Shown: positions 36,686 to 46,945, numbered from the stretch's first letter. The stretch is 64,000 nt of DNA from a virus (IMGVR_UViG_3300032272_000003:32001-96000), one strand, 5' to 3'. Notes: generated by a model not told the origin, from the letters alone. Program-made: numbers and translations.

Positions 36686-37029
36686 AATATCTGGGCCTTA
36701 TATCTGGTGATAATCTCAATGTCCTCTGACTGCCACACTTTATAGGAGACGATATCATCGATCTTTAGTGAGTCAGGTACAACCTTAGCAAACGGAGAAT
36801 ACGTCAAAGTTATCTGATATATTGGGGTGTCGTGTTCTGTGAAGTTCAAATATGTATCTGTGAGTAACTGAATGAGATTGGTATCCCACTCGAAAAAAAA
36901 ACACATGATATTAGCATCGGCGTCGATGCCCGTGACCATGAAGTTACCCGAGGACTCAGGGTCGATCTCCTGTTTCATATCCTTTAACAATAGGATCATG
37001 TTAATAAAGAAATCACTATATTCGATCAT
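36682..37029 (-). CDS. Small protein, family A C-terminal motif
   Basis: Ends VWQSEDIEIITRYKAQIL. Confidence 0.7.
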   Translation of the reverse strand: MIEYSDFFINMILLLKDMKQEIDPESSGNFMVTGIDADANIMCFFFEWDTNLIQLLTDTYLNFTEHDTPIYQITLTYSPFAKVVPDSLKIDDIVSYKVWQSEDIEIITRYKAQIL

Positions 37030-37463
37030 AGCTTAGCTCCATAATATGATGTTAAAATATCATCATCCTTCGCCCTGGCAATCTCAAATGTGTTTTTTGG
37101 GAGTAAACGGACTCCTGTTTCGAAGTGACGTTGGTAATTATTGTTACGCTCTATATTGGGCATAAAAGAGCCAGTAGCAAAAGCAACAGCAACACCATTT
37201 AAGTTTTTTTTAGCTGACCACTCATATGATAACAGTTTCATCATCTTCCGATGAAACCAGGTATTATAAATATCAGACGCCGTAATACCTTCAATGATAT
37301 AACAATACACCCTAATTTCATTGGTGACAGTTTTAATCTCCATACTGAAATTGAACACATTAGTCTTCAGACACCCACCAACCATTACCATTGCCCGAGC
37401 CTTTAAGTACTCTGTCTTGATAACATCATTACCAACGGCGGTATAATGCTTTCTATCAATCAT
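37026..37463 (-). CDS. Small protein, family A C-terminal motif
   Basis: Ends DDDILTSYYGAKL. Confidence 0.65.
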   Translation of the reverse strand: MIDRKHYTAVGNDVIKTEYLKARAMVMVGGCLKTNVFNFSMEIKTVTNEIRVYCYIIEGITASDIYNTWFHRKMMKLLSYEWSAKKNLNGVAVAFATGSFMPNIERNNNYQRHFETGVRLLPKNTFEIARAKDDDILTSYYGAKL

Positions 37464-38185
37464 AGCTTAGATGCCTCCCACATTAACCTGATAGAATCGT
37501 CTGGGTTGGTCCACACAATGGTATCACAATCTTTAATATCAAATTGACCTTTACCATCTTTCCGAACTTTCCATCCCCAATGGTCCAGGCGAATGTACAG
37601 CCTGTATATATTACTCACATATGCACCACGGATAATGCTTTCAATATCTTCCCCACCGAGTCTGTTCATGCTGCCAACCGTCTTGATAAACTTCATCCTA
37701 CCTTCAACAACATTCTCACCTAAAAATTCGAAGTGACGCTTGAGACCATTATAATCACCGGTGGCTTCTTTATATATGGCCCTTGCCTTCTTAAAGGCAA
37801 TTTCTACTTCCTTGAGGGTAGGTATTATTAATTTAACCGCCTCAGTAACGTGAGGTAGTGGCACCAGATCATCAATAATACTTTGTATTAGTTTTTGTCG
37901 GTGCTGGTAGGTGAGGTCACTCACTGATGAGTTGGAGATACAGACGGTGTATTTGTCAATTTCGCTCAGGTTTCGTATAGGTTGGAATTCTGGTGGGATG
38001 TCACAATGAGCAATGCGTTTCATGATCATCGTAGCGATACCGCGACTTGGTAAGGCACTAAGTTCGTCACGGATATCCATTATCTGCCGTGCCAATTCTT
38101 TGGCACGGGCCAGCTTCTCGGCTATCTTCTTCGCATGATCTCGAAGTTCTTCGATATCAACATCATTGATATCGAAATCAATCAC
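37460..38185 (-). CDS. Coiled-coil protein with family A C-terminus
   Basis: GTG start after AAGGAG; ends VWTNPDDSIRLMWEASKL. Confidence 0.7.
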   Translation of the reverse strand: MIDFDINDVDIEELRDHAKKIAEKLARAKELARQIMDIRDELSALPSRGIATMIMKRIAHCDIPPEFQPIRNLSEIDKYTVCISNSSVSDLTYQHRQKLIQSIIDDLVPLPHVTEAVKLIIPTLKEVEIAFKKARAIYKEATGDYNGLKRHFEFLGENVVEGRMKFIKTVGSMNRLGGEDIESIIRGAYVSNIYRLYIRLDHWGWKVRKDGKGQFDIKDCDTIVWTNPDDSIRLMWEASKL

Positions 38186-38351
38186 CGATAAACTCCTTGA
38201 CAAGACGAAGAGCCTCTTCAGGATCATCATCGTCTTCAAGGGCAACACGAATCATGTCCAACATTTGAGATATGGTACCTGACTGCATGGATATCTGGTG
38301 CTGAAGTTCATCTATCTTCGATTGCATCATAATTGATTCTAAACTATTCAT
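38178..38351 (-). CDS. Small hypothetical protein (57 aa)
   Basis: AGGAG RBS, MNSLESIMMQSKID... Confidence 0.55.
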   Translation of the reverse strand: MNSLESIMMQSKIDELQHQISMQSGTISQMLDMIRVALEDDDDPEEALRLVKEFIGD

Positions 38352-38394
38352 ATCATTCTCCTGTGTTATGGGGGATTCTATCAGTTTAAGATTG

Positions 38395-38910
38395 TTAAGT
38401 CAATTGCTCTTTGATGAAATCGATCTTCCAGACCCTGATAAGGTTCTCAAGGGAGATGATCATATATTTACCATACATCATGTAGGGACAATCAATGGTT
38501 TCGATGTCTGGTAGGAACTCATCGTCGGGGTTGATCACTGCAAACTCACCCTTACGATTGATTTTGAATAGAAGTAGGAAGTTTTTATTGACGAATTCTG
38601 AATCGCCTTCGTTCTGAGTAACCCATTTGTTGAATGTAGCGTCACCGCCCTGGAGTAAAAGGTGGAATCCTGGCTTATCAGCATAGGATTTACACTCTAT
38701 TAAGTAGGGGAAGCCCTGTGGTCCGATAATGTCACCAGAAAGAATCTCCTGGGCATCCTCTCGCAGTCCTGTAGCTCCAGCACGGTTCTTACCGCCAGTA
38801 TATGCTCCAGAGTTAGGGGTTCGTCTGAACTCTGCCTCGAATAACACTGTGAACCTCTTAGCGATGTCTAGCTCGAACCGATTGCCTTTCTTCTTACTGT
38901 TAACTCCCAT
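38395..38910 (-). CDS. Holliday junction resolvase (Hjc-like PD-(D/E)xK)
   Basis: SKKKGNRFE, SGA, GDI, IECK. Confidence 0.85.
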   Translation of the reverse strand: MGVNSKKKGNRFELDIAKRFTVLFEAEFRRTPNSGAYTGGKNRAGATGLREDAQEILSGDIIGPQGFPYLIECKSYADKPGFHLLLQGGDATFNKWVTQNEGDSEFVNKNFLLLFKINRKGEFAVINPDDEFLPDIETIDCPYMMYGKYMIISLENLIRVWKIDFIKEQLT

Positions 38911-39184
38911 GGTGAATTCTCCTGGTACTATTTATCACATGTGGAAAGGGCCAGCCCAATGGCCAGCCCTTTCATTCGTCCTTGCTCAACTCATCTAGTT
39001 TATTGCTCTCGATCAGTCATAGTCCTCCTCCATGATACATCCCTGCCTTACGTTTCATTTGGACGCTGATGTCAATGAGCGGGGTATTTATAGTTATAGT
39101 CAGTCCATCGTCTTAGTCCTCCTTTAAAGGAATATCAAAAATATGTCAAAACCATAGTACCACACGACACTGTTAAATACAACT

Positions 39185-39559
39185 ATGTTAACGAAAGAAG
39201 AAGCATATGACTATCGCCATAAAAAAGCAGTGTTTGAACGTGCTGTAGAAGAAGCCCTGGAGCTGTATATGTACACATTCAGAGAGGGTACTAAAGTAAC
39301 ATGGATTGATAATATTCGATCTGAATTAAATCAGCATATAATTGTGGCATGTAACCAACCAACAGAGATGATCTATTTACCATTTGAATGTTTGTACAAT
39401 GAGAGATGGATTGATCCTCTAATACTACAACAGATGCCACATATAGTGAGAGAGCGAGAAGTTCAGATTAAGATCGCCCAAACAAGAAAGGATTCACAGG
39501 ATGAAACCGATTATAAAACGTATCTCCACTTGAAAGAGATATTCGAACCGAAGGACTAA
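39185..39559 (+). CDS. Hypothetical protein
   Basis: Isolated plus-strand ORF; stop overlaps convergent stop. Confidence 0.6.
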   Translation: MLTKEEAYDYRHKKAVFERAVEEALELYMYTFREGTKVTWIDNIRSELNQHIIVACNQPTEMIYLPFECLYNERWIDPLILQQMPHIVREREVQIKIAQTRKDSQDETDYKTYLHLKEIFEPKD

Positions 39560-39816
39560 AGCTTTTCAGCAGCATTTAATAACTCTGCCTCGTGTGTCAT
39601 TTGGGCATTACCGTTGCGGTACATCGTAGTGACAGTCTCCAAGACGACTACCCCATCACCCTTACACGTCCTACAAGGGAACAGTCTTCTGATAGTACGT
39701 TCCTCGAACACGTCATAATACGAACTGTCATCAACAGCTTTACCATTACATGTAGGACAAAGCACACGCTCTACTTTACATGATCCCTGCCCCCTGAGTT
39801 TTTCACCCCTTGTCAT
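39556..39816 (-). CDS. DnaJ-type zinc finger protein
   Basis: CPTCNGK...CRTCKGDG. Confidence 0.7.
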   Translation of the reverse strand: MTRGEKLRGQGSCKVERVLCPTCNGKAVDDSSYYDVFEERTIRRLFPCRTCKGDGVVVLETVTTMYRNGNAQMTHEAELLNAAEKL

Positions 39817-39985
39817 AGCTTGAACTCCACCGGCTTAATTTCCAATCCAAACAGAGAATCTTCCTCTCTTAATTGTCTTTCGAGATCGATCATCTGGCCT
39901 TCATACTCACTCTTACCCATGATTTCTGTTTCATTGTCCATCTCATCATTATGGGTATAGTACAACACATATAAGGTATGCTTAC

Positions 39986-41704
39986 TCATAACTCGATCCT
40001 GCTGAACCCTTTATCTTTGGTCACTGTAATCACTTGGTCAACTTCGGGGATCATCTCTTCACGATGACTGATCATGAACACACTCTCATCCTTTCGTTTC
40101 AGGAGAACAGTGGCCCGGTACATAAAGTTGGCATCGGCACCCGAGTCGAACAGCTCATCAACCATAAGAAGGTTGCACTTGTGGGTGGTCATGGCAATGA
40201 AGTCGCGGAACGCTAACCCTATAGCCACATTAACACGCAGCTTCTCACCGGCAGACAGATTGCCGTAGCTCAATGATACCCGCTGACTGACTTTGATGCC
40301 AACTGATAGGTCATTACCAATGTCCAGCTCGTGTGGAGAATCCAAAGCATCCAGGTACTTGTTGGCTGTCTGGTTCAAGAACGGTACGTACTGTTCGATG
40401 ATGCTCTTACGGATAAACGACTTACTATCAGTCAGGAGCTTGACCATGATCTTGTAATGGCCATCCAGAACTGTCATCGCTTCCAGGGTAGAGTCGTCAT
40501 ACTCCTGAATGTTACCCTTCATCAGTTCCACCTGGTCGGTGTATGGATTGACCACGGCAGACTTAGACTGCTCCAGGGTCTCTGTGAGCGTATCAATCTT
40601 ATTCAGCATAACAGCATATTGTGATTCTGATTTGAGGTCAGGGTGAGCTTTCTTGAAAGCAGCAATGGCCTTACTAACTTCATCCTCACGCTCGCTTAGC
40701 GGTAGGACGATAGTTGTGATCTCTTCCACCTCTAATGACAGTGCCTCGATCTGTTCAAGAGTGGTTGTGAGTTCTTCTTCACTCACCCACGACTGTTTAC
40801 AGCGGGGACAGGTACCGGCCTCAAGATGAGTCTTGTCATTAATACATTTGGTCATACTTCTGTCATTTTCGACAAGTACGGCTGTCAACTTATCGATATC
40901 ATGTGTGATACTCGATAGCTCATCAGTGAATCCCTGGAGTTCGATCAATGCCTCAAGATTACCTTCAACATCAACACCAGTCAACATATCAAGCTCTTGC
41001 TCGGCGTTAAGGATTTTGATCTCCTGCTCTCCTGACCATTTGCTTTGTTTCTCACTTAGAGACTCGATGTTGGCCAACGTCTGGCGATTGCTTCGCTCGA
41101 TGTTGTTCTTCTGTTGGTCTTCGAGTTGCATATCAACAGTATTGTCTTTGGCCATGGCCTTGACAGAAGAAGCTCGTTTGGTCAATAAGTTGATATCCAG
41201 TAACTGTTCGATGAATGTTTTCTGGGCCGCTGGCTTCAATACCATGAAGTTCTCAGGATGATTGGTTAAGAGAACAGTGTTCATGAACACCTCGTAGGAC
41301 ATACCAACGATCTCGATGATGGCCTCATCTGTATTCTTGGAACTATGTAGAGTACACGGTTCACCATTCCTGAACAGCTCCAGCTTGGCTGGCTTACGGG
41401 CACGGCTGATCTGATAATCAACACCGTCCACTTCGAATTCTAAATTGACCCACATCTTCTTCTTATTGATCATGTTAACGAAGTCGTCCTGCTTGATGGG
41501 TGAGATGCCCTGACCAAACATACACCAGACGATGGCCTGGAAGATGGTAGATTTGCCCACACCATTTTTACTCAATCCTTCGGCACCGATGTCAAGGTTC
41601 TGACCCAAGATCAGAGACACGTTATTAGTGTCCAAGAATACTGTAGTGGACTTCTTACCAAACGACATGAAATTACTAAACGTTACGCTTTTAAAACGGA
41701 TCAT
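39986..41704 (-). CDS. 46: Recombination ATPase (gp46/Rad50/SbcC-like)
   Basis: NFMSFG, NGVGKST, CPRC hook, LSAGEK, LMVDE, ISH. Confidence 0.95.
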   Translation of the reverse strand: MIRFKSVTFSNFMSFGKKSTTVFLDTNNVSLILGQNLDIGAEGLSKNGVGKSTIFQAIVWCMFGQGISPIKQDDFVNMINKKKMWVNLEFEVDGVDYQISRARKPAKLELFRNGEPCTLHSSKNTDEAIIEIVGMSYEVFMNTVLLTNHPENFMVLKPAAQKTFIEQLLDINLLTKRASSVKAMAKDNTVDMQLEDQQKNNIERSNRQTLANIESLSEKQSKWSGEQEIKILNAEQELDMLTGVDVEGNLEALIELQGFTDELSSITHDIDKLTAVLVENDRSMTKCINDKTHLEAGTCPRCKQSWVSEEELTTTLEQIEALSLEVEEITTIVLPLSEREDEVSKAIAAFKKAHPDLKSESQYAVMLNKIDTLTETLEQSKSAVVNPYTDQVELMKGNIQEYDDSTLEAMTVLDGHYKIMVKLLTDSKSFIRKSIIEQYVPFLNQTANKYLDALDSPHELDIGNDLSVGIKVSQRVSLSYGNLSAGEKLRVNVAIGLAFRDFIAMTTHKCNLLMVDELFDSGADANFMYRATVLLKRKDESVFMISHREEMIPEVDQVITVTKDKGFSRIEL

Positions 41705-41964
41705 GATTTATACTCCTTTATGACTTGTCTTTTATGTTGCTGCTTACGAGCATTAGTACCCATCAACCTACGTACAGCCTTTTCGGCGGTACGGGTGCTG
41801 TTGAAGACTTTAATACCGTTGTATCCTCTAATATCAGTAGCCGGGTGCCTATTCTCGGGTGCAACATATTCTCTGTGGTAGCACCAGATAGGTATAAGCC
41901 AAAACAACTTGAACAAGTATTGTACCCGATAGTTACCATACTCTTTAATTATTCTAAATCTCAT
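41701..41964 (-). CDS. Hypothetical protein
   Basis: YRVQYLFKLFWLIPIW. Confidence 0.6.
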   Translation of the reverse strand: MRFRIIKEYGNYRVQYLFKLFWLIPIWCYHREYVAPENRHPATDIRGYNGIKVFNSTRTAEKAVRRLMGTNARKQQHKRQVIKEYKS

Positions 41965-42133
41965 GGTATTAAATTCTTCCGTTTGACACTTCCACAGTGT
42001 TCACATTGCAGTACTATCATCTTCCAACTACCACCACCATCGCTTTTTGTACCATTCACTAAATGATCCGAAATGATCTTCCACTTATGGTCACATCCAA
42101 ATCTACCTATAATTATCCTATACAGCCAACCTA

Positions 42134-43171
42134 TCATTCTGAGTCATCCTTCTGCATTGCTTCCTTGTAGATACCCACAAGGAGTTCTTTGTCAATACTC
42201 TCAACATCGGTCATCTTTGTCAAGTGGTCAACGACGGCCTGATCGATGGACACGATCTCACCAAGGTCTGTGTCCTCTTCAAGTACCAGGTTGGTTTTGT
42301 TGATCTTATAGACCATCTTCGAGTCACGTATACCGGCATCGCTCAACTTCTCCTGTAGAGAGGCAAGATCGTCATCGCTCATCTCTTCGTCGATCACTAC
42401 CCGGATTGATGTGCTATCATCCATGGTCTCGAAGTCGGCACCAAGGGCTTCCTTAGCGGTCATAGACAATATCTTGATCTTGTTGTACACCACGAACTCA
42501 ACTTCACCGGTTTCAGTATCAAGGATACTGAACCCTAGGTCATCTTCGTTCGAGTTGCTGTAGTTCATCGGGAATGGTGCTCCATTATATAGAACGTTGT
42601 CTTTCTCCTGCCTGGAGTGGTAGTGACCAGTGATGATCTGTTTGATGTGCTTCAGAGACTTATGGGTCTGACCATGCTCCATCACATAGTGTTCATTCAT
42701 CTTGAAGTTGCTGAATTCGAAGTGGCCAAACATATATTTGACCTTGGCCTTCTTGGACACCTTTACGATTTCGTCGTATTCTTCACCAGAACACACCCAC
42801 GATGTCAACATGACATCATTGCCGATCTGTTCATAGTCCTCTATCAGGTTTACCCTGCTTTCAAACACCTGTAGGGACGATGGAAATCTTGTATCCTTCT
42901 TCATGATGTCATGGTTACCCTTCAGCATGTATACCTCCGGGAAGAAGTCGGCCAGGGTATTGATGAGCGCCAACCCATAGTTCAGGCTCAGCACATCTAC
43001 CTTGTCACGCTTGTCAAAGAAGTCCCCGGTATGGACAAAGGTGGACACCTCACGCTTTTCGCACTCTTCCAGCATCCAATGCACGAAGTCAACAACATCT
43101 TTACAATGCTGCTCACTACCATTCTTGGCACCCAGGTGCCAGTCACCACTACTTGCAATCTTCATACTCAC
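42134..43171 (-). CDS. 47: Recombination nuclease (gp47/Mre11/SbcD-like)
   Basis: GDWHLG, GDFFD, GNHD, GHFE, GHYH. Confidence 0.95.
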   Translation of the reverse strand: MSMKIASSGDWHLGAKNGSEQHCKDVVDFVHWMLEECEKREVSTFVHTGDFFDKRDKVDVLSLNYGLALINTLADFFPEVYMLKGNHDIMKKDTRFPSSLQVFESRVNLIEDYEQIGNDVMLTSWVCSGEEYDEIVKVSKKAKVKYMFGHFEFSNFKMNEHYVMEHGQTHKSLKHIKQIITGHYHSRQEKDNVLYNGAPFPMNYSNSNEDDLGFSILDTETGEVEFVVYNKIKILSMTAKEALGADFETMDDSTSIRVVIDEEMSDDDLASLQEKLSDAGIRDSKMVYKINKTNLVLEEDTDLGEIVSIDQAVVDHLTKMTDVESIDKELLVGIYKEAMQKDDSE

Positions 43172-43369
43172 TCCTATAATTCGTCTGCTTTAATCAGCAT
43201 CGTGGCCCATTCTCTCACACTACGGCGTGGGTGTGGTACCAGGTAAATGATTGCTGGATGTCTTTCAACCACAATCAACTGTTCATCCGTAGTCAGCTTA
43301 TTAAAAGCCACTACTGTGTTGTATAACGCCTTTTCAATAGTGATTGGTTCTTGTACCCTACAATCTACT

Positions 43370-43672
43370 GTTAGTTGCCTTCGAATATCTTGAAATCTTT
43401 ATGTAGCAACTCAAGAACTCGTCCTTTGTATTCAATGTATGACCACGGATAGCTGCTCACTTTATCTAGCGCTTCAATTGCTTCATCCAGCGTTCGGAAG
43501 TCATAAGAATATTTACAGTTTCTCTCAGAGCAAGAATCATCCCACCATCTCCCCGCTAACACTTGATAATCACCAGTGTCGTCAACTAACAATTGGGTAG
43601 AGTTCGACGCGCTTACCGAGTCGCTTCCATTAGTTTCTTGGATTTGTTCTTTGTCAGTACTCACATTAAGTT
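43370..43672 (+). mobile_element. Possible integron-type gene cassette remnant
   Basis: GTTAGTTG at 43370 complementary to CAACTAAC at 43583, followed by attC-like L boxes. Confidence 0.4.
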
Positions 43673-43685
43673 CCTCTCTCATCAC
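43371..43685 (-). CDS. Hypothetical protein within attC-like element
   Basis: ORF track; N-terminus reads through attC-like inverted repeat. Confidence 0.6.
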   Translation of the reverse strand: MMREELNVSTDKEQIQETNGSDSVSASNSTQLLVDDTGDYQVLAGRWWDDSCSERNCKYSYDFRTLDEAIEALDKVSSYPWSYIEYKGRVLELLHKDFKIFEGN

Positions 43686-44053
43686 ATATTCTCCGCTGCT
43701 ATAATAATTGCTGCCTCTCTCATGACCTGATCATCTACAAAGGGTGCCAACATTATCAGCCATGGTCTTAATACAATATCTTCTATTTGGTTGGGGATAC
43801 TCTTACCACAGAACTCAAAGGTTAATTCTGATAAGAATGTATGACTGGTGGTATCACACACCATTGTCCATTCAACAACCCATGGTGTATCAGCACGTAT
43901 CCACTTTCCATCAAATTCGGTAGGGAGTAGGGTGAGTGTCATAATAAAGGTCTCACCAGAGCATAATGATATATCACCATCATCAAAGATGTCCTCTATC
44001 CTATCAAACACTTCATTCAAGGTTATCAACCTAGTATCCATTAAAAAGGGCAC
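43682..44053 (-). CDS. Hypothetical protein
   Basis: Promoter TTGACA-17-TATTAT at 44068-44096; ends IIIAAENM. Confidence 0.6.
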   Translation of the reverse strand: MPFLMDTRLITLNEVFDRIEDIFDDGDISLCSGETFIMTLTLLPTEFDGKWIRADTPWVVEWTMVCDTTSHTFLSELTFEFCGKSIPNQIEDIVLRPWLIMLAPFVDDQVMREAAIIIAAENM

Positions 44054-44092
44054 CTCCTATGTGCCCTATAATATCCAACTAGTGACTAGATG

Positions 44093-44536
44093 TCAACTCA
44101 ATTCTTCATCCTGATCCCTGGCATCGGTGTCATCGCCCTCCTTCTCTTTAATATGATCGATGTAGCTTTGGCTAGGGGCTTTCTCCTGGTCAACCAGTAA
44201 TTGGTCACGGAGACGTTGGTGGCGTTTCTCTTTGTTCAGTACTTGGAGAAAGGCGTGATGGATGCACTGGGTGAAGTATGCGAAGGGGTTGTTGCTCTTG
44301 TTAGAATCAAACTTCTCGAAAGCAGCGGTACACGATACTATCCCATTGGATACCATCTCATCTTTGTAGCTGTAACCGGCAAAATTAGGCTTGGTGGCAT
44401 ACCGCTGGCTCAGTAGAATGAACATCCGGCCAAGCTTATCACTGACCAGACCTACTTCCTTACACTCGTTTATCTCTTTCAGCATCTCCTTATTACTAAG
44501 GTAGTGCTTGTCTTGTTTGATCTGCATAATTAACAA
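44093..44536 (-). CDS. 55: Late transcription sigma factor (gp55-like)
   Basis: HYLSNKE, PNFAGYSYKDEM, FDSNKSNNPFAYFTQ, KEKR. Confidence 0.92.
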   Translation of the reverse strand: MLIMQIKQDKHYLSNKEMLKEINECKEVGLVSDKLGRMFILLSQRYATKPNFAGYSYKDEMVSNGIVSCTAAFEKFDSNKSNNPFAYFTQCIHHAFLQVLNKEKRHQRLRDQLLVDQEKAPSQSYIDHIKEKEGDDTDARDQDEELS

Positions 44537-44614
44537 AATCCTCTATTGTATATTATAAGACACCCATATGTCAATAGAGTTCACTAAATACATAGACAAA
44601 ATTGAGGATTTAAC

Positions 44615-44833
44615 ATGAAAAAGTATACAAACATCAGTAAGGGACTCCAGCCAATCGAATTTACAGACGGTACAGGTATCTTCCTGCGTCGTGGTCAGAG
44701 CATTGAAACAGACCAGGAACCGGTAAGCGTACCAGACGGTATCGTCGTGGTCGAGGTCAAACAACCAAAGCCTAAGAGAACCGCTATCGTAGAAGTTGAC
44801 GAGGACGAGAAAAGCCCATCTTCTGCTAAATAG
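44615..44833 (+). CDS. Small late protein
   Basis: ACTAAATA at 44583, GAGGA RBS. Confidence 0.7.
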   Translation: MKKYTNISKGLQPIEFTDGTGIFLRRGQSIETDQEPVSVPDGIVVVEVKQPKPKRTAIVEVDEDEKSPSSAK

Positions 44834-44900
44834 AGGTATACCAAAAGAGAATTATAATCTACTCGTAGATTAGCTAACTATATTTAAGGAGTATAAATCA

Positions 44901-46406
44901 ATGACAATTCCTATTTCAGCGGGTGTTTACCCACGAGAAATTGATAAATCCGTAGTGGTACCTGCTGTCGCGGGTTCAATCGCTGCCATCATCATTAACT
45001 CCCCTAAAGGACCAAGCAACGTGGTCACAACAATCACAAACAACAAGGAATTCGTGGACACCTTTGGTGCACCTGAACCTGACCTTCCAGCAATGTATGC
45101 TGCTTTGGCCTTCCTTGAAAGAGGTAGTAACCTCAAAGTTGTTCGTGTTGTGGGTGCCGGTGCTGTCGCTTCTTCTGCTACATTCGTCGATTCTGGATCA
45201 AACCAGTCGTTGATCTTCGAAGCAAGAGGTGAAGGTGTTTGGGGTGATGATATCGATGTGAAGATCAGCTTGATCGATGACGTTGCTGAGACTATGACGG
45301 TCGAAGTTTTGGAATCTGCAACAGCGGTCGTATTAGAGACATTCGTGATCTCTAAAAACGTAACAAAGAAAGACGGCTTTGGCCGTAGCCAGTTTGCTGA
45401 AGATGTAATTAACGGTGTATCTGCATATGTAACAGTCACAGACGTGCCTGCTAATGGTTACCCTGATGACAGTGGTACTCCTGTAGAAGGCCCATATGTA
45501 CAGAAAGCCCTAACCGGTGGTTCTGATGGTGCTGCTGTAGGTTCTTCTGAAATCAACGTTGGCTGGGACTTGTTCGCAGTTAAGGAAGAAGTCGAAGTGT
45601 CAATGCTTATCCAGGGTGGTTGGGATTTAGTTCCTGTCCAAACTAAGATGATCGGTGTTGCTGAAAATCGCCAAGACTGTATTGCCCTGCTGGATATTCC
45701 ATACGCAGTGACACAATCTGCCACTGCTGTTGACGACATGGTAACATTCGCTAACACAACCTTGAACCAGGATACTTCTTGGGCCGCATTATACGGTGGT
45801 TGGGTAACAGCGTATGACCAATACAATGATAAGAATATCGATATGCCACCTTCTGGTTTCGTAGCCGGTGCGATTGCTCGTACTGCCGACGTTGCTGAAA
45901 TCTGGTATGCACCTGCTGGTGCTGTTCGTGGTCGTTTGAATGCCCTTGGTGTGACTAACGTTTTCACTGAAGGCCATCGTGACACACTGTACACTGCCCG
46001 AATCAACCCTATCCAATCATTTGTTGGTGAAGGTATTCAAATCTTCGGTCAGAAGACCCTACAGTCAATTCCTTCTGCACTCGACCGTGTAAACGTTCGT
46101 ATGCTCATGATCACTATCATGAAGGCTATGACCCTGGCCCTACGTCCATTCGTGTTCGACTTCAATGACACATTCACTCGTGAGAATATCGGAAGTATTC
46201 TTAACCAGTACATGACAGATATCAAATCTCGTCGTGGTGTTACTGACTTCTTGGTTGTGGCTGACGATTCAAACAACACAGCACAGATCATTGATAACAA
46301 TCAAATGATCGTTGATGTGTATGTTAAGCCAACACGAGCTGCTGAGTTCATTCGCTTGAATGGGATTATCTCTGCTACTGGTGCCAGCTTCACGGTTCAA
46401 ACATAA
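44901..46406 (+). CDS. 18: Tail sheath protein (gp18-like)
   Basis: SAGVYPREID, PPSG, WYAPAG, INPI, FGQKTL, DRVNVR, KPTRAAEFI. Confidence 0.95.
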   Translation: MTIPISAGVYPREIDKSVVVPAVAGSIAAIIINSPKGPSNVVTTITNNKEFVDTFGAPEPDLPAMYAALAFLERGSNLKVVRVVGAGAVASSATFVDSGSNQSLIFEARGEGVWGDDIDVKISLIDDVAETMTVEVLESATAVVLETFVISKNVTKKDGFGRSQFAEDVINGVSAYVTVTDVPANGYPDDSGTPVEGPYVQKALTGGSDGAAVGSSEINVGWDLFAVKEEVEVSMLIQGGWDLVPVQTKMIGVAENRQDCIALLDIPYAVTQSATAVDDMVTFANTTLNQDTSWAALYGGWVTAYDQYNDKNIDMPPSGFVAGAIARTADVAEIWYAPAGAVRGRLNALGVTNVFTEGHRDTLYTARINPIQSFVGEGIQIFGQKTLQSIPSALDRVNVRMLMITIMKAMTLALRPFVFDFNDTFTRENIGSILNQYMTDIKSRRGVTDFLVVADDSNNTAQIIDNNQMIVDVYVKPTRAAEFIRLNGIISATGASFTVQT

Positions 46407-46419
46407 GGAGATATGAGAA

Positions 46420-46920
46420 ATGGCTAATATTCAAGAAGTAAGATCAATCAATAACCCACAAAAGAGTTACATGTGGGAAATTGAAGTTCAAGGTCTCGCA
46501 ACCGGCTCTCTGTCTAACATGGCGTTTTTCGCTAAGACAGTATCAATCCCACAGTCAGCGGTAGAACAGATCATCATCAATCACAAAGCAGGTCGTACAC
46601 ACTTCGCTGGTCGTGATGCTGGTGCTCATACTGTCACTGTAACATTCTGGGATGATGAAGCTCAAACAATCCTGAAGTTCTTCCATGAATGGATGGACCT
46701 GCTTCGCAACCATGTAACAGCAAGTGGTGTCACTCGTGACCTGTACGCTGCCAGCCTGGTAATCAAGCTGAAGGATGAGTCCGACGAAATAGTTACTGCT
46801 AAGATCACCCTGGGACATTGTTTCCCTACTGATATTGCAGATACTCCATTGACTTATGATTCAAGTGAGCCTATCGAGCATTCGGTAACGCTTAGCTTCG
46901 ATGAGAAGATCATCGAGTAA
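46420..46920 (+). CDS. 19: Tail tube protein (gp19-like)
   Basis: AKTVSIP, FAGR, TVTFWDD, FPTDI, SVTLSFD. Confidence 0.9.
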   Translation: MANIQEVRSINNPQKSYMWEIEVQGLATGSLSNMAFFAKTVSIPQSAVEQIIINHKAGRTHFAGRDAGAHTVTVTFWDDEAQTILKFFHEWMDLLRNHVTASGVTRDLYAASLVIKLKDESDEIVTAKITLGHCFPTDIADTPLTYDSSEPIEHSVTLSFDEKIIE

Positions 46921-46945
46921 TCGACTAGATCGACAATAACAGATT

